The notes under the pieces were generated by a model. That model ran no database searches. It was not told the origin of the DNA and worked only from the letters and a program-made list of their open reading frames with translations. A stretch of 64,000 nucleotides of DNA, from the NCBI RefSeq assembly GCF_006345805.1, contig NC_043000.1, forward strand, positions 78,368,001 to 78,432,000, in the 5' to 3' direction. This DNA comes from Octopus sinensis. Its lineage: Eukaryota. Positions 55,560-64,000 of the stretch are shown piece after piece. Each line of letters begins with the position of its first letter. Position 1 is the stretch's first letter. Both the position numbers and the translations under genes were made by a program.

Positions 55560-57140
55560 ACTTTTACAGTCAATATCATTAGGCTGGCATTGAAAGAAAG
55601 AGAAAACTCCAGTTAGTAAGAATATTTGGAGAACAATATCAGAAGTCTAGGAAGATATTGGCAAACAAACAATAGCTTTTAGGTGCATGTCAATCAAAAA
55701 CCAAGGCATCAAAATGGTGAAGCACCCAAGTATAAAGCAACTTACGAGAAATATAGGTGGACATAGACTTGGTCACATGTGCCCAGCAATTTGGCACCTT
55801 CTGAATTTAATTCCTGAAGGTGACTTACATAATAAAGCATTCTGTTGACCCTTGTATGAATGAGGAATTTGTTCAAATTCCCACACATATCTGGGAAAAT
55901 GGATACTGAAGGGAAAGATACCTGGTGTACCACTTGAGCTGGGCATCTGTTGAGTTGTTTGCTGATAGTGTGGTGAGGTGGGGGTGGGGCAAGGTCACTC
56001 TCTTGAACGCTAAATAATATAGGCAGGAAAATTGATCTGGAATAAGGCTGGCTATACTATTACAGGTGAAACGATAACATCTGGAAAAGATTTCGAATGA
56101 GACAGAACTGTATGTTGTGGTTGAGAGAAGAAACCCAGTAGCTCATATGTTGTAATTTAAGCCAACTGGGAGCCTTCTGCTCACAACAGAAGGTGAAGGC
56201 TGTCCCCAATGCTTCTGACACCACAAAGAACAACTACAGCAGTGTACAACAATAACAAGAACAACAGCTTCAATAGCAAATTCAAGAAGATACAAGAACA
56301 AAAGCAGCAGTAGCAGCAAACATAGCAGCACTAACGAATACAGCAGCATAGTAATAAGGGTAATGCTCTACCCTCACCCCCAGAAATGCTCCTCCCCTTC
56401 TTCACCTCAAACTCTCCAACTTGGAGACTTTGTTGTGTGATGAAGGATGAAATGAAAAAAAAAAACAAGAGTGTAGTGGGTGCTTTTTACATGCCACCGG
56501 CATGGGGGCCAGTCAGGCGGTACTGGCAACGACCTCGCTCGAATCTTTTTACAGGTGCCAGTAAGGCGAATGATGCCTTTTTACGTGCCACTGGCACGGA
56601 AGCCAGTTGGCTGCTCTGGCAACGATCATGCTTGGATGGTGCTCTCAGCACCCTACTAGCATGGGCACAAGTGCCAGTAAGGTGACGCTGGTAACGATCA
56701 CACTCGAATGGTGCCTTTTATGTGCCACTGGCACGGAAGCTGGTTAGCTGCTCTATCAACGATCACACTTGTATGGTACTCTTTGCACCCCGCTTGTATG
56801 GATGCCAGTCATTGAGGGAAGAAAACCTAGTGGCTCTAACATTGTAATGTAAGCCAGCTGGAAGCCTTCTGCTCACACCAGAATGAAGGTAAGGCTGACA
56901 CCACAAAGAACAACTATAGTGGTGTACAACGATAACAAGAACAACAGCTTCAATAGCAAATTCAAGAACAGAAGATAGAAGAACAAAAGCAGCAGTAGCA
57001 GCACTACCAAATACAGCAACAAGTCTCCATAATAAGAGAATGCACCACCAACCCACCCACCCCTCACACACACACAGAAATGCTTCTCACCTTCTTCACT
57101 TCAAACTCTGACTCAGAGACTTTGTTGTTGCAACAAAGAC
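55560..57140 (+). mobile_element. very decayed L1/Tx1 ORF1 remnants with internal duplication, interrupted by an RTE 3' UTR piece (~56471-56800)
   Basis: LYVVVERRNP (~56108) resembles the motif preceding the knuckle in the other ORF1s; 56120-56435 is repeated at 56812-57130. Confidence 0.5.
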
Positions 57141-57479
57141 AGATGTGAAAACAAAAAATAAAAAACCTTCCACTCAAATATGAAAAATAGGAAGAAGCAG
57201 CAGCCCTCTTCAAGCAATCTTTCACATCATGACCATCAACACCACTATAAAAAAAATTAAAAAAACTGGTTCTAGTCTGTTTGGTTGCCAGCATCAAATC
57301 TGTTCGAATTGATTTCATATTCAGTGTAATGATACACCTTTATACGCTAATGAATTATGTGAAAATCGTTTTTGCTATAAATCAATAAATAAAAGGTTAT
57401 TAGCAATTAAAGTTCGAAAATTTGGGTATTTTTAGCCAATTGTAAGCCACAGATCCATTCATGCCTGTTTCCTTAGTAA

Positions 57480-57760
57480 CAAGTGGAACATGAGAACTCT
57501 TGTCTGCGAGAAAGCATGTGCCTTTTTCTGTCTGGTTTTGTATTAAAGAACTGGGGATGAGCTGTTGCACAGCCATTGATTATAACAACTATGTTAGAGA
57601 AATATTTGTGGAGGACTTGCTCCTGATCCAATTCAAGTTTGTGGTCTTGGGAAGATTATTGAGATTGATGAAACAGTCTTCTCAAGACATAAATACAACC
57701 GAAGAAAGATCCTACCTGAGTAGAGGGTTTTTGGAGGAGAGTGTTCCAAGACCAAGTTTT
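57480..57760 (+). mobile_element. Merlin/ISXO2-like transposase fragment
   Basis: ELGMSCCTAIDYNNYVREI then, frameshifted, CGLGKIIEIDETVFSRHKYNRRKILPE*RVFGG, matching the VEIDE..RKYNRG..WVFGG signature. Confidence 0.75.
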
Positions 57761-58089
57761 TCTCTATGCAATGCCATGTTGGAATTGTGACGCACTGGAA
57801 GAATGCATATGTGTGTGTGTGTGTGTCTTTGTTTGTGGCTCCTTGTCTCCACATTGTACTTTAGTTGTAGACAAGCTTCACTGTCATACAAGTAGTGTCA
57901 GTTACTTTCAATCTTTCATGAAAATGTATTATTTTGCTATGAAATAGGTAAAGGTTGAAGACAAGAAGACTATCCAACCACAGAAAATAAATCTGCCTTG
58001 GCAAATTCATAGAAAAAGGGATGTTGTCAAAATAATGATGATCTCTCTCTCTCAGTAAAAAATTAATGAGTGTGTGCATTACATAAATG

Positions 58090-58545
58090 ATATTTTCAGA
58101 ATTAAATAAAAAGAAGACACCAAATGGAAAATGTGACATACCTATAAATATAATTTTTAAAAAAATGTTTAGTAAATAAAAAAAACGAACACGTATTATA
58201 TACACAGGCAAGCAGAAAACACAGAAGGTCACCAACTCCTCATCAGTTATCAGCCAGAGGGTCAAATGCAATTTCAGCCATTATCAATAATATTGCTTCT
58301 ACTCTGAAGGCACCAGCAGGAAATATGCTGGTGCCTTAAGAGTAGAAGCAATACTATCGATAAAAGTTGAAATTGCGTTTGACCCTCTGACCAACAACTG
58401 AAGGAGTTGGTGACCTTCTGTATTTTCTGTTTGCCTGTGTATTTAGCATATGTTCATTTGTTTATTTACTACACATTTTTATTAATTATATATATATGTC
58501 ATATTTTCCATTTGTTTTCTTTTCATTTAATTCTGAGAAAAAATA
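58090..58545. repeat. ~450 bp foldback inverted repeat
   Basis: Centre gcaccagca-ggaaata-tgctggtgc at ~58310-58335, with diverged symmetric arms. Confidence 0.85.
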
Positions 58546-59423
58546 CACCCACTCCCACACACATACACACACAGAGTTTTTTTTTGTTTAAGGTTTCTTC
58601 TAACTGTAATATTGGTTTCAAATTTTTGATGATCTAGTGATCAGTGAGTGAAATGATTTCTTAGTATGAGAATAATTTCTCTAACAATATAGTTTATTCA
58701 CTCATATAGACTTATACCTCAGTACTACGGACCTCCCTCTAATGGATTTCAGAAGCAGCAGACAAAATCTGGAGTCTGATATTAAATTTAATATGTTGAG
58801 TTTACTGTATTATAGTTTATATTTACAGTGTACAGGTATTTTATACTGTCAGATTAGATAGTGTGCTTGATTAAAAGTACAGTACTATACCTCTTCAGCT
58901 GTAATTGTTGATATTAGCCACTCCTAATGTAACCTAACCTTAGTGTTGGTACCTATGGACATCGGACAGATGTTTCCCCCTTTTAGTCCATAGTACCAAG
59001 GTATGAGTGTATATATATATATCTAAAGGTAGTAAATGTAAAATAGATTCAATGTGCAAGTCATTTATGTCACTAACCTTGTCACAAATACTCTGATATG
59101 AGATGATATATCTCCTTATTTGCTCAGTTGACTTCAAATCTTATGTGAGATCAGAATGAGAAGACAAGTATATCCAGCAAGACAGAATGATGTCATGAAC
59201 TGAGCAAGTAATATTAAATCTTTTGTATTGATTGTGGAATATATTTTTATAGCTATTGCAAAATGATATTAACCATTTAATATATTCAGGTACACTGCTT
59301 CATTAACAGTGTACATGAATATATTAACAGTTATTGTTAGCCTTAGGTCAGCTTTAATACAGAAGATCTATGATGGAAGACGTTCCAGTTATGTAGAAAT
59401 TTTTGCTGCAATTTCCAGAAACA

Positions 59424-59978
59424 ATCATCATCATCATCATCATCATCATCGTTTAACGTCCGCTTTCCATGCTAGCATGGGTTGGACGGTTCAACTGGGG
59501 TCTGGCAAGCCCGAAGGCTGCACCAGGCCAGTCAGATATGGCAGTGTTTCTACAGCTGGATGCCCTTCCTAACGCCAACCACTCCGAGAGTGTAGTGGGT
59601 GATTTTATGTGCCACCGACACAGGTGCCAGACGAGGCTGGCAGACGGCCACGCTCGGATGGTGTTTTTTATGTGCCACCGACACAGGTGCCAGACGAGGC
59701 TGGCTGACGGCCACGCTCGGATGGTGTTTTCTTATGTGTCACCGACACAGGTGCCAGACGAGGCTGGCGGACGGCCACGCTCGGATGGTGTTTGTTACGT
59801 GCCCTCAGCACGGAGGCCAGTCGTTGCAGTACTGGCTACGGTCACGTTCGGATGGTTTTCTTATGTGCCACCGGCACTGGTACCACAAGGATACAAATTC
59901 CATTGATGTTCATCTATTTTGATTTGGTTCGATTTGATTTGATTTGATTCGATTCTCACTTGCCTCAACAGGTCTTCA
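59424..59978 (-). mobile_element. RTE 3' UTR-only copy with ~63 bp tandem expansion
   Basis: (CAT)n, then the family terminus; unit starts at 59608, 59671 and 59735. Confidence 0.85.
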
Positions 59979-61073
59979 AATAATTGAATGCAGTTTAGTT
60001 GATTATATCACATTAAAACAACTTTCTAATAACATCTTTTTCAGTTGACAATCATCATCATCATCGGCATTGTCATCATTATCATCATTGTCATCGTTGT
60101 CATCATCGTCAGGATCATCATGAACATTTAACATCTGCTTTCCATGCTGGCATGGGTTCGATAGCTCAACAGAAACTGGCAAAAATCAGGGCTTGCACCA
60201 TTCTTCACAAAAACTCATAGGGAAAAAATTTCAATAAATCTTAATATCTGTTATTTCTTTTTTCCATACGTTTTTGTTTTTAGGAAACGTTAAGGGTCAT
60301 TTTATTCCACATTAATTTGCTAAGGTATTTCTGTATGCTGCTATGTTTTTTAAAAATGTATAGTAAAATAGGGTGACTATGTCCCAGGAATTCTACCTTC
60401 TGGAGATGTCTAGTAGTAAGCTACAAAAATAGTTTAAAAATTGATCTGGTTAAATTTTTATTTGCCCATAATTTCACATACAAAAGTACATTTGTATGTA
60501 CATATACTCACACATATGTACCTGCATTCACATATATATATACATTCATACATGAATAAATTAATACAATGATGTACTCTTTTTTCATATCACATTGTTA
60601 ATTCACAATGAATAAGATGTATTATATGAAGTTTGTTAACACATGCCAAAGAGACTTACACACACACATACTTTTTATGTTTAAGGTTTCTTCTAACTGT
60701 AATATAACAACACAAAAAGCAAACATTTAAACATTTGAATACTTTAATCTTTTTAAAGTCAAAATGTTAACATGATGAACTACTAACCTTATTACCACAA
60801 GGACATTGCCACAGACATACATTATGCTAGCTGTTAGCAAGATGCATTCTTCTGCTTGTTGCTTCATTTATAGCTGTATTAATATCATGGTCTAGTGATC
60901 AGTGAGTGAAATGACCTCTTAGTATGAAAATAATTTCTCTAACAATATAGCTGTTCAATATATTATATATATATAACGGGAAGCTTTATGAAAATAGACA
61001 AAAGACGAAGGCAGGTGGAAAACAAACAAACAATTGTATTAGTATGGCGCTCAGGAAATATAAATAAAACAAG

Positions 61074-61111
61074 TCTTTAACGTTTCGAGCCTACGCTCTT
61101 CAACAGAAAGA
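61074..61111 (-). ncRNA. minimal hammerhead ribozyme variant (CUGUUGA core)
   Basis: Minus strand: TCTTT-CTGTTGA-AGAGC GTAG GCTC-GAAACGTT-AAAGA; palindromic AACGTT. Related to the motifs at 43574 and 54160. Confidence 0.65.
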
Positions 61112-61184
61112 TACACAGAGAGAAAAAAAACACAGAAAGAAGGAGAGAAAAAAAATGCGTGCAGTAACTAACGAATCAACATGA

Positions 61185-62398
61185 TATGTTGGGTTGGCAA
61201 CTAAGGTCTCACTGTTTTTTTTAATTTTGGAATTTATTGTGTTTTTAAATTTTGGAATCTATTTCTTTCGAGAATTCTATTTTTGAATCATTTTGGAAAA
61301 TATATTTTTTTTATTTTAGTTAATTTGTGTTTATTTTCAGATCATTAAAATGGAATGCCAAGTTAAGAAAAACGAGCATTTTTGACACCTAACTTCTTTT
61401 TGCTTTTAATCAAGGCTCTAAGGCCGCAAAAGCTGCTTGCAACATTTGTGCTGTGTATGTAGAGTGTACAATGGCTGAAAGAACCGCTCATGATTGGTAT
61501 GCCATGTTTAAAAAGGGAAATTTTGACCGCAAAGACGCACCTCATTCTGGCCATCCAGTTGAGTTCAATGAAGAGCAATTAAACCAACTTTTGCACGAAA
61601 ATTCTCATCAAACGACAAGGGAACTGGCAGAGAAAATGGAATGCTCCTACACTGCTATAGACAAGCATCTTCACTCAATGGGAATGGTTCAGAAGTATGG
61701 AGCATGGGTTCTGCATGCTTTAAGTGACAACAACAAATATCAACAAGCCACAATCTCCACTGGTTTGCTTGCTCATCACCACTCAATTCATGGATACAAG
61801 CAACGATTTCTTTACCGAATCATTACTGGTGACAAAAAATGCTTCAATATGAAGCAGCATAAGGAATGGCTTAGCCCTTATAAACAAGCAATACTGCACG
61901 TGAAACAAGATCTTCATCCACATAAAACAATGTTGTGTGTATGGTGGGACTGAGACGTGATCAAACGGTCAACAAGGAACTCTGTGTTCAACAGATGGAA
62001 CGACTCAACACGGCTATTCAAGAGAAAAGGCCTAATACGCAGCATGGAGTTCTGCTGCACAACAATGCCCACCCTCATATCGCCAATATGACTCAAGGAA
62101 GCCATTCAAATGCATAGCTAGGAAGTGCTGCCACACCTGCCGTACTCTCCTGATTTGGCACCAACGAATTTCCACCTCTTTTGATCTCTCTGCATGGAGT
62201 TTCGTTCAAAACTGATGCAGAATTGAGAGCTTGGTTGGATCAAATTTTCAAGTTGAAATTGGATGATTTCTACCAACAAGGTAATGAAAATCTTGTTGAA
62301 CGTTGGGAAGAAGTTGATTAATTAGTTGCTATTTTATTAAACCTTTTAAAAAATTGAAATTAAAAAAAAACAGCAGGAACTTAGTTGCCATCTTAATA
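61185..62398 (+). mobile_element. near full-length mariner fossil
   Basis: TIRs gttgggttggcaactaag / cttagttgccatcttaat. MECQVKKNEH, WVLHAL, IITGDKK, HKTMLCVWWD, LLHNNAHPH, PYSPDLAP. Confidence 0.9.
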
Positions 62399-62444
62399 TA
62401 TATACTCAATATAAAATAGTGTACATTTAAGCACATTTAAACAT

Positions 62445-63063
62445 TTGAAGGAGAAAGAAAAGAAGGCAAAAAGAGAGAAAGAGAGAAACAAAGAGAGGAG
62501 AACAAGGAAGAAATAAGCCCGAAAAGAAAAATGAAGGAAAACGTAGGACGGAAACAAGATTACTGCTTCTACAAGTTAGTAACCTTCCATTTCTGCCCTG
62601 AAATGAAAGACTTGACATGTAATACGGAGGGACATATATGGGTCAACAGGATGACCGATCAGTGGCAGGAGACTGCTCTAATCCCCGAAGAAAGAGTCGC
62701 TGAGTTCCTCAGAGCTGCCGGAGAGAGTGTAACGTTTTACACGAGTGTTCGAGTGAGAGAGCGGCTGCCTGAGGGCTCAGTGATGGACTTTAGAGAATTG
62801 AAAACTATCATGGAATATGTATAGAATTGTGAGAAGAGAGAGAAGAAAGAAGAGAAAAAAGAAAATATTGTGAAATATATGTGACGAAAATGTAACCTCT
62901 CGATTCCGGGGATCGAGTGGGCATTTACATCTCATTGTAAATATTCTTTCATATGTCATTTTTTACTTTTATTTTTTCCTTTTCTTGTCATTCGCTTTCT
63001 TATTTTAAGTTCCCCGATTGTATTGTCCCCTCTATGTACGCCCCTTGTGGGTAGTAATAAAAT
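62445..63063 (+). mobile_element. 5'-truncated non-LTR element 3' end (K/E-rich ORF end + L1/Tx1-type tail)
   Basis: ORF ends at 62824; the tail tgtcccctctatgt..ccccttgtgggtagtaataaaat resembles the L1/Tx1 end at ~23900-23925. Confidence 0.55.
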
Positions 63064-64000
63064 CACCTGGCTCCAAGCTATACGTGTTGTTATCTGTGAC
63101 TAGACAGTGAAACTTTGTTCTGTGTAAATTGATTATTATCGCGCGAGGCGTTTGCCTCCACGTGTGGAAACGTTCCGAAGAAGGTGAATTGACCCTCTAG
63201 TCATGGCGACTTACGCGGGGGTCACGGGAAAAAAAAATAATGATTCGTCGATAATCGTGAAGGATGTTTTCTTTGAGAAGAGTAAACTCAAAGAATATGA
63301 AAAGCTCTTCAAAAGGGAGGGTGATAGCGTGAAGCTAATCCCCCCCGCGAAAGCAAAAGAGGACAAAGAAAACAAGACAGTGACATATAGAACCCAAGAC
63401 AAAAATACGAAGTATCTGGCAAGAGTGGAGATAGCCGAAATCGAAAAATGTCTGGGAGACATAATGGGGAAATCAACCTACGTGAGTAAAGGCAAGAAAT
63501 TTGGTACGGTGGAGGTGAGATGTGCAACGGAAGAAATTGCAGCCTCACTGGCTACCACTGTACTAAGAGCCGAAAAATTTATAATGTGGCCCTCATACAA
63601 GGGAAGAAGAGGGGTCCGGGTTAAAATCCCGAATATACCCCCAGAAGTGAAAACAGAATGGCTGGCAACAGCTATTCTAGGAGCAGCAGAAGAGGAAGTG
63701 GAGGTGGAATCCTTTAAGGAGTCCAACGCGGTAAACTGGAGAGGATACGGGGTAGAACTGTGTTTGATGGCCACAAAAGAGGACATTGAAAGGTTCCCCT
63801 ACAGAATAGAAATTGAAGATAAAAAAAACCCTCAGTGTAATTGTAGAGGGAAGAAAACCAAACTGTTACTTGTGCGGGACAAGGGGGCACATTAAAAAAG
63901 AGTGCCCGTTATACGAATTCGTAGCAGAGTGCGAGCAGGAACTTGAAGAAAAGAAGAATACGGTAAATGAAAAAGAAAACATAGAAAAGGAAACAAAACA
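63064..64000 (+). mobile_element. 5' end of L1/Tx1-type element, ORF1 (gag-like), runs off the window
   Basis: ATG 63203 MATYAGV..; after a frameshift in the A-run at ~63821, VIVEGRKPNCYLCGTRGHIKKECP (CCHC knuckle), then a K/E-rich region. Confidence 0.8.

Noticed and set aside
58946-59000. pre-miRNA-like hairpin
   Set aside because: Only ~14 bp of stem with a large loop, and no recognisable mature sequence.
59600-59800. CRISPR-like regularly spaced repeats (also 31521-31990)
   Set aside because: Tandem units without unique spacers, inside a LINE 3' UTR; eukaryotic context with no cas genes.
61453-61953. SETMAR-like domesticated host gene
   Set aside because: Bounded by TIRs, carries frameshifts and stops, and has no SET domain: a mariner fossil.

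Overview
AT-rich, microsatellite- and transposon-dense animal DNA. The SINE, LINE and microsatellite mix suggests a coleoid cephalopod, probably Octopus (inference, not database-checked). I can support one host gene: a 3-exon, ~490-aa RING + NHL-repeat protein (35867-36310, 50712-51135, 53056-53660; splice phases consistent) with no visible B-box or coiled-coil. Almost everything else is mobile DNA: RTE LINEs with a PHD-like finger inside the RT, (TAA)n-targeting R4/Dong-like LINEs, L1/Tx1-like and CR1 fragments, Penelope-like elements (PLEs), two head-to-tail Helitrons, mariner, maT and Merlin fossils, and tRNA-derived SINEs. The main signal invisible to the ORF track is about ten minimal hammerhead-ribozyme (HHR) motifs. 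Several have intact cores, many sit in or beside long inverted repeats, and one lies on the sense strand of the host gene's intron 1. SINE/LINE 3'-tail partnerships and a possible ORF1-only (HAL1-like) element are also visible. All coordinates were read by eye and TE boundaries are approximate.
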